From: Dictyostelium discoideum
Lineage: Eukaryota
Assembly (NCBI GenBank): GCA_000004695.1
Contig: CM000151.3
Span: forward strand, 8,096,001 to 8,160,000
Direction: 5' to 3'
Length of the DNA: 64,000 nt
The notes below the pieces were generated by a model, which searched no databases, was not told the origin of the DNA, and saw only the letters and a program-made list of their open reading frames with translations. Shown here piece by piece: positions 11,381-24,324 of the stretch. Made by a program: the position numbers and the translations under genes. Positions within the stretch are counted from its first letter, which is position 1, and each line of letters begins with the position of its first letter.

Positions 11381-13993
11381 CAAAAAAAAAAAAAAAAGAT
11401 TTATTGAAATACCATTTTTAGCAGTATCTTCAAAAATTGATTTATCATTAATAGGAAAATCATTAGAATCATTATATTTTTTTCATCCAAATAATTTTAC
11501 ATTTGGTGGTTTATTTCCAATAATTTTACCATCAAATGAAGCATTTAAAAAATTGGAATTTGTTTATGGAAATATTGAAATATTAGATCTTTCATTATTT
11601 ACAAATGTTGAAACATTATCATTAAAATGTAATTTAATGTCCAATGGTTTTCCTTCAAGTTTCAATAGAACAATTCATAGAAAATTAAAACACATTGATA
11701 TAAGCAATAATAGTATTACAGGTACAATTGATGATTCATTTTGTCAATTGGAAATCATTGTTACAAATAATTCAATGACAGGTTTAATTCCAACTTGTTT
11801 TACATGTTTCTTTGGATTACCAGAAATAAATTTAGAAAGATATTTTATTGGAAATAATTTTATAAATTTAAATACACCTTCTTCACCATGTAAGTGTTTT
11901 ATTTTTTATTTTTTATTTTTTATTTTTTTATTTTAATTTGTTTTTTTTTACTAATTCCATTTATGATATATATATATATTTGTATTTAAGCAATTATCAT
12001 TCCAAATATAGTTTTTAATAATACTTCAATTATTGAGGGTTCAATAGTTTTTTATGAATATTTAATATTTGGTGAAAATTTAGGTGGTAGTTGGGTTCCA
12101 TTTACAGCTGTCTCTGATTCTGTAGGAACACCAATGATTATTTCAATGATTGAGCCAAATAGTTTATTTAAATTATTTTGCAATGGAGAGCCCAAGTTTC
12201 CTTTAAACTTATCATACAGTAAGTCTAACCCAAACTATACATTTACTTTATCATTGGGAATACCACCAATATTAAATTTAGTAGATTGGCAATCAAGTAC
12301 AACTGATTTAGTAATAGATGGTTCATTCTTTACATATAATAGTTCTATAATTAATATTACAATTGGTAATGAAAATTGTTTGGTTACAAATACAAATTTT
12401 TATCAAATTAAATGTACACTTTCAAATGTTATAGATCAATCATTAGAGGATATTATATCATATATTACAAATGGTAATTTAATAACTCAATTCACTTTAA
12501 ATCCAGGTGTAATAAATACAATTTTAAATTGTACTGAAAATTATAATGATTGTAATGGTAATGGATATTGTTTATCTGATATTGGTAAATGTAAATGTGA
12601 TCCAACCCATCAAGGTGGTGATTGCTCTTTGCCATATATAGAATGTTTAAATGATTGTAATAATGTTGGTCAATGTAATAATCAAACTGGTATTTGCTCG
12701 TGTCCAATCTCTCCTTATGAATGGAGTGGTATTGATTGTTCAATTCCATTACATACAATATCTGCAGTTTCACCAAGTGATACCAATGGTGGTAGCGCTT
12801 CAATTTATGGTTGGTTTAGTAATAATCATACTTATCTACAAGTTTTCATTGGTAATAAACAATGTATACCAATTTATAATATATCTAAAAGTGAAATTAT
12901 TTGTAAAGCACCACCAAGTACAGGTTTAAAATCAGTTAGTGTAATTCAAAATTCAATCAATGTAACATCAAAAGATATTTATCAATATTATTCAAATGAT
13001 AAACAATGTCCAAATCATTGTACATCGACATCAAATGGCATTTGTAATACAACAACTGGATATTGTAATTGTATTGGAAGATGGAGCGGTTATGATTGTA
13101 GTTTATATTCAAATCCAAGTGGTGGTGGCGATAATAGTGGTGGATTACCAGGATCAAATACAACAATAGATGGTAATACTGGTAATACAAATATTACAAA
13201 TCAACAAACAAATTATCAAATTTTAATTACAAAATTAATAGAGATAGATTTCAATGGTAATCAAATCAATGAATATCTATTATTAAATAAATGGTCAATA
13301 ATTTCAAATATTAGTAAAACAGTTTACACATTCATTCAATCAATTCAAAATGATAAATGTAATATCACATATACAATTGATGAAATTAATAAAGATAGAG
13401 ACACAACTTTCGCAGGTATTAATTTTAAATTAACAAGTGGATCAGTTAAAATGACAGTATCAATTGAAAACTATCAATATTCAAGTAATTTAAATACATT
13501 ACAATTACAAATGAAATCAAGTGTAAATGAAATTCAAACAAATAATGAAAATGATTGTAACAATGATCAAATTGAAATCAATAATACACCAAATCAAGAT
13601 AATTCATTAAATTATATGACAATTAAAAAAGATGCAAAAGTTTTAAATGGTAGATTTATAGACAGAATCGAAAGTGATGGTATATCAACATTTATGCAAA
13701 CTGTGTTAGTATCAAAATCAAATGATTCAATTACAGTTGGTATGAATTTACCTCATTGTACAAAGAAATGTTTATTAGATCCTGATTTCTCTGTATTGGT
13801 TAGTCCTGAATTCGTTGATGAATGTGGTGGTGATAATGATCGAAAATCCTGGTTTTTACCAGTTGTTATAGTGGTTCCTATTGTTTTTTTAACCTTAATA
13901 ATTATTTTTGTAGTTATTACTATAAAAAAAAGATTTGTTGAGATGTATTTATTTAAATCAAAAATAAAACAATTGGCAAACTTAAATAAATAA
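10401..13993 (+). CDS. Paralog C (intact) of the LRR / EGF-like / IPT-TIG type-I membrane protein family; exons 10401..10942, 11041..11331, 11399..11889, 11991..13993
   Basis: Signal peptide (MLNFIQKISKSGCNFFYLFLILILINFSNPKVNSQ). Cys-containing N-terminal domain. LRR-like repeats (LSLKCNLMSNGFPSSFNRTIHRKLKHIDISNNSITGTIDDSFCQLEIIVTNNSMTGLIPTCF). Two EGF-like modules (CNGNGYCLSDIGKCKCDPTHQGGDCSLPYIECLNDCNNVGQCNNQTGICSCP). IPT/TIG-like module (ISAVSPSDTNGGSASIYGWF...ICKAPPSTGLKSVSV). C-terminal TM (LPVVIVVPIVFLTLIIIFVVITI) and short basic tail. Donors ATG|GTAAGT, AT|GTATGT, T|GTAAGT with phase-consistent acceptors. Confidence 0.7.
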
Positions 13994-14956
13994 AAACAAA
14001 AAACAGAATTACAAATAAAAGTAAAAAAAAAAAAAAAAAAAATTTTTAATTAAATTGTTTATTTTATTGACATAAAAGGTTAAATCACATAAATATTTAT
14101 TCTCTTTTTATTTGTGTTGATTTTGTAAAGCAATCTTCAAAAAATGCATTGAAAATAGGTAAAAAATGATGTTTTCGAAATGATGTTGTGTCCAATTGGG
14201 TTGGGTGATAATTTAAATTTGCATACAAAAAAAAAAAAAAAAAAAAAAAAGAAAAAAAAAATTGCAACACCTGATTTGTAATTTACCAACAAAATAAGTA
14301 GTCAAAAACCTGGAAAATAGAAAAGAAGGAGGAAATAAAATAAAAAAATAAATAAAAAAAAAAAATAAAAAAATAAAAAAATAAAAAGGCATGAAACAGT
14401 GCAGTGGTTTGAAAATAATTTCTTTTTTTTTAATTTTATTTTTTCAAAACAGTAAAATTTTTATTTTTTTTTTTATTTTTTTTTAATAAAACGCTTAACA
14501 AAAAAAAAAAAAAAATCAAGCATTGTTTTTTTTTTATCCCCACCAACACATCATCAAAAAAACACATAAAACTGATATAAAAAATTTTAAAAAAAAAAAA
14601 ATTATTTTTAATATTTACACCGCACAACTATTTATAGTTCACATTAAACAAAAATAAAAAAATAAATAAAAATAAAAATAAAAAAATAAAAATAAAAAAA
14701 ATAAAAAACAAAAAAAAATAAAAAAATAAATTAAAAAAAAAAAAAAAGAAAAAAAAAACACACAGATAACCCGGGGTCTTTTATTTTTTCTTTTTTTCTG
14801 TTGTCAATCATAATTTGTAAAAAATAAAAAATAAAAATAAACACACACACACAACGAATTTTATTAATCATATAAATTATTTATAACAAAAAAAAAGCTT
14901 TTTTTTTTTTTTTTTTTTTATCAAACAATAATAAATTAATAAAACAATAATAAAAA

Positions 14957-15113
14957 ATGGATCCATTGTCAATATCAATGGAGAGTAAAGTTGTATTATT
15001 AGGTAGTTCAGATGTTGGGAAAACTGCTCTATCACTTCGTTATGTTGATGGAATATTTCCTAAACGTTTAACTTCAACAATAGGAGCATCCTTTTTAACG
15101 CGGACAATGTATG

Positions 15114-15172
<59 letters not shown>

Positions 15173-16037
15173 ATATTCTCAACACTGTTTTGAAAATAAA
15201 AATAAAAAATAAAAAATAAAAAATAAAAAATCTCATTACTTACAATTGTCACACACAATAATTTTTAAAAAAAAAATAATAATAATCATAATAATGTGAA
15301 AATACTTTTAGAAATATAGAAGGAAATAAAATTAAATATCTAATATGGGATAGTGCTGGACAAGATAGATTTCGAAGTTTAGCTACACTTTATTATCGTG
15401 GTGCATGTGTTGCAATTTTAGTATTTGATATAACTCAACAAAAAACATTTGATATAGTTAAAGGATGGGTTGAAGAATTAAAAGCAAATATTCAAGAAGA
15501 AATTAGTAAGTATATATAATGTATATATATTAATGTATATATATATATTAATTATTTATACTTTATAATTTTTTTTTTTTTTTTTTTTCAAAAATTAATT
15601 AATTAATAATAGTAATGGTATTATGTGGAAATAAAATTGATTTAGAACAAAATAGACAAGTTAAAAGTGAGACAGCAAAATTATATGCAGATGAAATTAA
15701 TGCAATGTATGTTGAAACCTCTGCAAAAGAGAATGAAGGTGTTGAAGGAATGTTTTTAGAGATTGGAAAGAAATTAATATTAAATAAACATAATGAATAC
15801 TTTAAACAATTTCAACAACAACAAAAACTTCATAAACAATTCCAACAACAAAATCAAAGCTTATATCAATATCATATACAACAACAAAAACATCAACAAC
15901 AACAACAACAACAACAACAACAAATTTTTAAAAATCAACAATTTTATAATAATGGTCATCTTCAAGGCAGTATAAATGGTCATAATAATCAAAATTCAAC
16001 AAATTATAGTGATAATAGTGATCAATGTTGTGGTTAA
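14957..16037 (+). CDS. Rab-family small GTPase with a poly-Gln C-terminal extension; exons 14957..15108, 15312..15505, 15613..16037
   Basis: G1 GSSDVGKT, switch II WDSAGQDRF, YYRGA, G4 GNKIDL, G5 ETSAK. C-terminus ...DQCCG* (double-Cys prenylation-type tail). Introns AT|GTATGT...tttag|A and A|GTAAGT...aatag|TA. Q-rich insert ([10 protein letters not shown]) before the tail. Confidence 0.85.
15113..15175. repeat. (AAAT)n microsatellite (about 15 units) inside Rab intron 1
   Basis: aaataaataaataaat... run directly visible in the sequence. Confidence 0.9.
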
Positions 16038-16402
16038 CTTTTAGATATATTAAAAAACAAAAAAAACAAAAAAACTAAAACAAAAAACAAAAAACAAAAA
16101 CAAAAACAAAAACAAAAAACAAAAAGGGTGATATTAAAATAAACATGTATAAAAAAAGAAAAAACTTGTAAAAAAAAAGAAATAATATTATATTTTAATT
16201 TATTATTTATATGGAAATGCGTATTAAAACTACTAATTTAGATTTAATTTTAATTTCAAACACTTTTACAAATACGGAAGGAAATAAAATATTTAAGATT
16301 TGGAAAAGAAAATTTCCAAGTTTTCAAAAACTTTCTTTTTTTTTTTTTTAAAAAATTTTTTCTTTATTTTTTTTTATTTTTTTTTTATTATTATAATTTA
16401 AT

Positions 16403-16426
<24 letters not shown>

Positions 16427-16434
<8 letters not shown>

Positions 16435-17998
16435 AAAAATCATGACTATTAATAACAGATGAATAATGATTTTCATTACCTTGAAGTGAGATATTATGAT
16501 AAGCGAATTCACCATGTTCGACGAGATCGAGACCTAATTCTTCTTCAGATTCATCGATTTTAACACCGATAGTGGCATCGATAATCTTTAAGAGGACCCA
16601 AGTCCAAGCGGCAGCCCAAACAGCGACAGAAACGACACCGAGTAATTGAGTACCAATTAATTTTGGATTACCATAGAAAGCACCATTTGCACCATTTGGA
16701 TTAACAGAGAGTTCAGCACAGAAACCAATTGCCAATGAACCAATAATACCAGTTAAACCATGTACAGAGCTAACGTCTAAAGCATCATCGATGTGAAGTT
16801 TATGTTTTAATAATACAACGGAATAGTAAGAAGCTAAACCTAAACAAATACCCAACCCAATTGAATATTGACTATTGATATAACCAGATGCTGGTGTGAT
16901 ACCTGCTAAACCTGCAATAACACCATTGATAACCGATACAGTATTTGGTTTTCCTTTGGCGGCAGAAAGGATGATCCAAACAATAGCTGAAAAACTACCA
17001 CCAATTTGTGTGCTTGCTACTGCTGATGTTGCAATATTACCTGCTGCTAATGCACTACCTGCATTAAAACCAAACCAACCCATCCATAATAATGCTGCTC
17101 CAATTGTTGCTAATGGTAAATTTGATGGTGGGAATTCACCACCATATTTTTCAAAATCTTTTCTTCTACCAACATCTAAAATAATTAATAATAATAAATA
17201 ATATATTAATATTTATTTATTTTATTTATTTATTTATTTATTTATTATAAAATAATAATAACTTACATAATGCAATAACTAAAGCACTAACACCAGCACT
17301 TGTATGAATAACAATACCACCAGCAAAATCTAAAACACCAAAATATTTATGTAACCAACCACCACCCCAAATCCAATGAGCAACTGGATAGAAAACAATA
17401 ATTTCCCAAGCAACGGTGAGTGCGATGAATGCTTTGAATTTAACTCTTTCTGCGAATGCACCAGTCATCAATAATGGTGTAATATTTGCAAACATCATCA
17501 TAAAGAATGCATAAGCTGCTGCTGGAATATTTGGTGCATTTGGTGAACAATCGTCATATGAAACATTAATTAAAAATGCATGATCTAAATTACCAATAAT
17601 ACCTTTCTATAAATTTTAAAATAAAATAAAATATAAAAAGTTAATAAAATTAGATAAAATAATATAAAAACAATTATATATATATAAATACATACTTGAT
17701 CTGGGCCAAAAGTTAATGAATAACCAAATGCTTGCCACATGACAGTTAAAACTACAATACCAGACATAATTTGTGTGATAATTGAAAGTGTATTTTTACT
17801 TCTTAAGAGACCTGCTTCAAAGAATGCGAGTGCAGGCATCATACCTAATACTAAAATAGTTGAAAGTAAAACCCATGTTGTATTACCTGGATCTGGTGCT
17901 ACTTGATTTGCACAATCAAGATATTTTTGAACAACTGATGATGATGAACCGTTTGTTATTTCGGCTGCAACACCTTTTATTATTTCTCCTGCTACCAT
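16427..17998 (-). CDS. Ammonium transporter (Amt/MEP/Rh family); exons (minus strand) 17998..17696, 17606..17267, 17175..16427
   Basis: Amt signatures DFAGGIVIHTSAGVSALV and LLWMGWFGFNAGSALAA, with about 11 predicted TM helices. Donors Q|GTATGT (phase 0) and TTAT|GTAAGT (phase 1), with acceptors tttatag|AAAGGT and ttattttag|AT, restore ...IALYVGRRKDFEKYGGEFPPSN. About 463 aa in total. Confidence 0.85.
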
Positions 17999-18404
17999 TA
18001 TTATATTACTTATTACTTATTATTATTGGTCTTTTTTTTTTTTTTTTGTTTTTTTTCTAAAATTTTTTATTTTATTTTTTTTATTTTATTTTTTTATTTT
18101 ATTTTTTTATTTTATTTTTTATTTATATATTTATATATACACCCTAAGTTCTATTTTAAAAATAAAAAAAATAAAAAAAATAAAAAAATAAAAATAAATA
18201 GATTTAAATCTTTTTAGGCCTAAAAAAGTATAATTAAATTTTTATTTTTTATTTTTTTTTTTTTGTTTGGGGTGTCGAAAAAAAAAAAAACAAAACAAAA
18301 AAAAAAAAAAAAATTAAAAAAATTAAAATTGTTATCCCTGGGTGTTTTTTTTTTAAACAGGGTAAGGAGGGGGATATTTTGAAAACAACAATTTTTTTTT
18401 TTGT

Positions 18405-18560
18405 TTTTTTTTTTAATTTATTTTTATTTTTGTTTTTTTTTTTTTTGAATTGGTACCAAATTATTCCGTCAAAAATGATATCGCCCACCATACTGCCGAA
18501 TTTTGAATGAAAAAAAAAAAATATCTTCATTTTAATTACAACAAAAAAATACACACCAAA
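18405..18560. repeat. About 155-bp non-coding element, copy 1 (homologous to 24325..24480)
   Basis: tttttaatttatttttatttttgtttttttttttttgaattggtaccaaattattcc... is about 75-80% identical to 24331.. tttaattttatttttatttttgttttttttcgaattggtgccaaattattttt..., continuing through a shared ...aaaaatgata/aaaattgatg ... atcttc/atcttt segment. Confidence 0.6.
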
Positions 18561-18748
18561 ACAAAAAAAAAATGTTATAACTAATAGTTAATTTATTATT
18601 ATAATAATTATTATAAATTTTTTATTTTTTTTTAATTTTATTAATAAAATCAAAAATTTCTTGGGGAAATGAACCAAAAAAAAAAAAAAAAAAAAAAAAT
18701 ATAAAAATAAATTAATAAATAAAAAAAAGAGACTCTTTTCGCATCTTT

Positions 18749-19443
18749 TTGATAAACAAAATGAAATTTTTTTTTTTTTTATTCATCAAAATTTCATTTC
18801 ACAAATCTCAAAACATGAAAGATATAAGTTTACCAAAATATTTACACATTGATATTTTAAAACCAATAATTGATTATTTATTAACAAATAATAATAAAAT
18901 AAATTATGATAATAATAATAATAATAACAATAAATACATAATTAAAAACTATTATTTATATATAAATGAAATAATTAAATTATCATTAGTATCAAATCAT
19001 TGGTATCAAATAATATCAAATTTAATAATATCAAATTTAATATCAAATAATATTTTAGAGGAATGGTTCGATTTATATAGTGATTATTTACCAGAGGAGG
19101 AGAATGTTAATAAAGGAATTAATTTTATAGCATATGATTTTAATAAAATTTATGATGTTTATTTAACTCAATCAAATTTTAAAATGAAAGTTAATCAACA
19201 ATATTCAATTATCAAAATTAATCAATCAGTTATTGAAGATTATTTCAGAAATCAAGTACTATGTATTTATGATTTAACATATGAAAAATTATTACAACTC
19301 AGTAAATTAGAAACAGAAGGTAATTTAAAGTATAGAAAGATTATATCAAAAAATCCCTACTCTAAAGATGGTTTTAAAAATTTATTTTTAGAGGGTGGAA
19401 TTGCAAAAGGTATTGAAAAGAATGGTTTACTTGATATATCATC

Positions 19444-19540
<97 letters not shown>

Positions 19541-20806
19541 AATAATAATAATAATATTGTAGAATTAAATGTTTATGATTTTCTATTGGAAAATAATGCA
19601 GAAGAAGGTTTTTATAATTTATTACCAAAGGAAGAAGATGAATATGACATTTATAAAGATCCCCAACCAATACTCTATTTAAACACTATTGATTATGAAG
19701 GATCTCAAGATGATTATAATGAAAAAACATTTAGAATTTTGAAATACTTAAAATCAAAAAATATAATATTTAGATCAAATTATAATGAGAATGTTCATGC
19801 AGATTTTTCATTAATGTTTAACAATAAAATCAACAATCAAGTCGAGTCAATTAGAATAGATTCAGATTTTGTAGAACCAATCGATTTGCAAAATGTATAT
19901 GAACTTACAAATTTACATACACTTTCAATTCCATTACATTTTCATCAAATGATTCTATTACAATTGGGTATTGGAAAATTACATTGTAGGGGTGGTGATT
20001 TACTTGAACATAAAGATAATGTAATGCAAGATTGGGATAAAATGATTCGATCATTATTAGCAAGTAAATCAATTAAAAATTTTAAAATTTCTAATAAATG
20101 TTATACATATGAATGTATTAATAAAAGCATCAACTCTTATAATAATGAAAATTACAGTGCGGCCAGTAGACATGTTAAAAAAATATTCTCAAATGGTATC
20201 AAACAACTTTTATCATCATCAACATTTAAATATTTTAAATTTTCAAATATGTACGATATCATTAGTATTGATACATTTTCAGAATTAAAAAATAATAAAA
20301 CTCTTAAAAAATTGGTATATAAAGAAAAGTTTCATTATGGTTATAGGCTCTTCTTTACTACATCTGAAGAGGTTGCAGAATATCAATTTAATATTATAAA
20401 TTATTTAATTGAAAATATTTTTTCAAATGGCACCAGTGGTGGCAGTATGCTTAGTAATAATATCAAACATTTTAAATTTTCATTAGAATTTCCATATAAA
20501 TTAAAATTAATATTTGAATCATTATTTAAGCATTATAATTATTTTCAACTATATTCTATTACTATTGTAATATATGACACACTTTATGAAGAACTTTTAA
20601 ATGAAATTATTAATTTATCAAATAAAATTTCAAAAGTTCAACAACAGCAACAACAACAACAACAATCAATTAAAGAATTTAAAATTGTTATTGAGAAAAA
20701 CTTTAGTGACAATAAACATTTTCAATCAATATTAAATGATAGAAATATTAATGGTGATAATGGTTTATTTGTAATTACAGTTTCAAATAAAAAAAGACTC
20801 TGCTAA
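18749..20806 (+). CDS. Hypothetical protein, paralog 1 of a tandem pair; F-box-like N-terminus; contains a long poly-Asn tract. The conserved start may be the ATG at 18815 (MKDISLPKY...)
   Basis: 685-aa ORF. The N-terminal [19 protein letters not shown]...[13 protein letters not shown] resembles an F-box (LPxEIL...L..VSKxW) with an Asn-rich insertion. About 80% identical at the protein level to the ORF at 21341..23332. (AAC)n encodes about 37 consecutive Asn. Confidence 0.65.
19445..19555 (+). repeat. (AAC)n then (AAT)n coding trinucleotide repeat (about 37 Asn) in paralog 1; only about 9 Asn at the homologous site of paralog 2
   Basis: caacaacaac... run of about 95 bp followed by aataataat. 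Confidence 0.9.
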
Positions 20807-20925
20807 AATATTAATTTCTTACCCCTTTTCAAAATAAATAAATAAATTAATAAACAAATAAAAATTAATAGTATTTAAATGTAAAAATGTTTATTTAAAA
20901 GATATTAAAATCAAAAACTTTAGAG

Positions 20926-21049
<124 letters not shown>

Positions 21050-21340
21050 TGGTTGTAGATTGTGTTGATGCATCCCTTGATTCAAATTAATGTTATAGTT
21101 ATTGTTATTATTATTGGTAGTTGGTGTAAAGTTGACATAATTATTACTATTACTTGATGTTGGAATCGAGTATTTCCCCACAAAGGTTGTTTGGGTGTGG
21201 AAAAAAAAAAAAAATAAAAATGAAATATAAAAAAAAAAAAAAAAAATTTTTCAATTTTTTATATTTGTTGGACCTTTTTTATTCGATTACAAACAAATTA
21301 AAAATATAATAGTCATAATAATAAAAAAAAAAGAGTATTT

Positions 21341-23332
21341 TTGTCAAATGGTTTCATGAAAGACAAGACGAAATTTTTTTTTTTAATTTATCAAAATTTT
21401 ATTTCACAACCTCAAAACATGAAAGATATAAGTTTACCAAAATATTTACACATTGATATTTTAAAACCAATAATTGATTATTTATTAACAAATAATAATA
21501 AAATAAATTATGATAATAATAATAATAATAACAATAAATACATAATTAAAAACTATTATTTATATATAAATGAAATAATTAAATTATCATTAGTATCAAA
21601 TCATTGGTATCAAATAATATCAAATTTAATAATATCAAATTTAATATCAAATAATATTTTAGAGGAATGGTTCAATTTATTTGAAGAGGATTTACAGGAG
21701 GAGGAGGAGGAGGATTTTAATAAAAGAATTAATTTTATATTATATAGGTTTAATAAAATTTATGATGTTTGTTTAACTCATTCATATTTTAAAATGAAAG
21801 TTAATCAAAAATATTCAATTATCAAAATTAATCAATCAATTATTAAAGATTATTTTAGAAATCAAGTACTATGTATTTATGATTTAACATATGAAAAATT
21901 ATTACAACTCAGTAAATTAGAAACAGAAGGTAATTTAAAGTATAGAAAGATTATATCAAAAATTTTCTACACTAAAGATGTTTTTAAAAATTTATTTTTA
22001 GAAGGTGGAATTGCAAAAGGTATTGAAAAGAATGGTTTACTTGATATATCATCAAATAAAAACAACAACAACAACAATAATAATAATATTGTAGAATTAA
22101 TTGTTTATGATTTTCTATTGGAAAATGATGCTGAAGAAGGTTTTTATAATTTATTACCAAAGGAAGATGATGAATATGGTATTTATAAAGATCTCCAACC
22201 AATACTCTATTTAAACACTATTGATTATGAAGGATCTCAAGATGATTATAATGAAAAAACATTTAGAATTTTGGAATACTTAAAATCAAAAAATATAAAA
22301 TTTAGAACAACTAGTGTTAAAAATGTTCATGCAGATTTTTCATTAATGTTTAACAATAAAATCAACAATCAAGTCGAGTCAATTAGAATAGATTCAGATT
22401 TTGTAGAACCAATCGATTTGCAAAATGTATATGAACTTACAAATTTACATACACTTTCAATTCCATTACATTTTCATCAAATGATTCTATTACAATTGGG
22501 TATTGAGGAATTACATTGTAGGGGTGGTGATTTACTTGAACATACAGATAATGTAATGCAAGATTGGGATAAAATGATTCAATCATTATTGGCAAGTAAA
22601 TCAATTAAAAATTTTAAAATTTTTAATAAATGTTATTTAGGTGAATGTATCAATCAAAGCATCAAATCTTATAATAATGAAAATTACAGTGCAGCCAGTA
22701 GACAAGTTAAAAAATTATTTTCAGATGGTATCAAACAACTTTTATCATCATCAACATTTAAATATTTTAAAATTTATAATATGCACGATATCATTAGTAT
22801 TGATACATTTTCAGAATTAAAAAATAATAAAACTCTTAAAAAATTGGTATATAAAGAAAGGTTTCTATATAATTATTGCCTACGTAATAAAGAAGAGGTT
22901 GCAGAACATCAATTTAATATTATAAATTATTTAATTGAAAATGTTTTTTCAAATGGTGCTAGTGGTAGTGGTATGCTTAGTAATAATATCAAACATTTTA
23001 AATTTTCATTGGAATTTCCAAATAAATTAAAATTAATATTTGAATCATTATTTAAGCATTATAATTATTTTCAACTATATTCTATTACTATTGTAATATA
23101 TGAAACACTTTATGAAGAACTTTTAAATGAAATTATTAATCTATCAAATAAAATTTCAAAAGTTCAACAACAGCAGCAACAACAACAACAACAATCAATT
23201 AAAGAATTTAAAATTGTTATCAATAAAAAAATTAACAATAAACATTTTCAAACAATATTAAATGATAGAAATATTAATGGTGATAATGGTTTATTTGTAA
23301 TTACAGTTTCAAATAAAAAAAGACTCTGCTAA
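21341..23332 (+). CDS. Hypothetical protein, paralog 2 of the tandem pair (F-box-like N-terminus). The conserved start may be the ATG at 21419
   Basis: 663-aa ORF collinear with 18749..20806. Shares [30 protein letters not shown], the C-terminal poly-Gln and ...[14 protein letters not shown]. Acidic insert [10 protein letters not shown] in place of paralog 1's PEEENVNK. Confidence 0.65.
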   Translation: [663 protein letters not shown]

Positions 23333-23361
23333 AATATTAATTTGTTACCCCCTTTTCAAAA

Positions 23362-23392
<31 letters not shown>

Positions 23393-23455
23393 AATTAATA
23401 CTATTTTAAATGTAAAAGTGTTTATTTAAAAGATATTAAAATCAAAAACTTTGGA

Positions 23456-23457
<2 letters not shown>

Positions 23458-23518
<61 letters not shown>

Positions 23519-23531
23519 ATTATTATTATTG
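23458..23531. repeat. (ATT)n microsatellite downstream of paralog 2 (homologous position to 20928..21049)
   Basis: attattatt... run. Confidence 0.9.
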
Positions 23532-24324
23532 TTAATACTGTTGGTTGTAGATTGCGTTGATGTACACCTTGATTTAAATTAATGTTATGGTTTGCTTTTG
23601 AGACTATTGAGTGGATGGTGAACAAATGAACAAAATTCACTATTATTATTACTATTTGGTTGCTGGTTGTTTGTTTGTTTGTTGGTGTTAGTGTTACATT
23701 CCGAGGTTTATCGATGGTATTATTACAACTTGAAAAAGAGGAAGAGTTATTTGACTTTTTCAAGTTGTAATAATAATAATACCATCGAACAATAAGAAGA
23801 GGAAGTTGATATATTTAAGTTGTTAAATGATGATGCTAAATTGCTCCCCTTATTATTTATATGGCTATTATATGATGATGTTTGTTGTGGATTTGAATTA
23901 AAATAGCCACCACTATTATTCATACAGCTTCTATTGTTATTATTTACCAAATGAGTACTACTATTCACTGATGCTCATAAATTTTGATTAGATGTTGATA
24001 CAAAACTTTCAAATTCAGAACATCATTACAAAATGTGAAAGAATTTTCGCTATTATTATTATTATTTCTTTTTTTTTTCACACCCAAACAACCAATACCA
24101 CTGCCACTATTATTCATAGCATTTTTATTACTTTTAAAATTAAATTATCATGAAGAATTTAATGAATCACCACTTATATTTGTATTGAATGCTCCAAAAT
24201 TTTGATTAGATGTTGTTGGTGATACAAAACTTTCAAGTTCAAAATCATTATCAATGTAAAAGAACCACCTCCTATCCTGGTTTAAAAAACAACCAGTGAT
24301 AACACAATAATTTTTTTTTTTTTT

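Noticed and set aside
12492-12803. Antisense ORFs inside the EGF/IPT exons of the membrane-protein paralogs (also 4126..4341, 4591..4821, 12957..13190)
   Set aside because: Tyr/His/Asn-rich antisense translations of well-supported sense exons. No splice or motif support.
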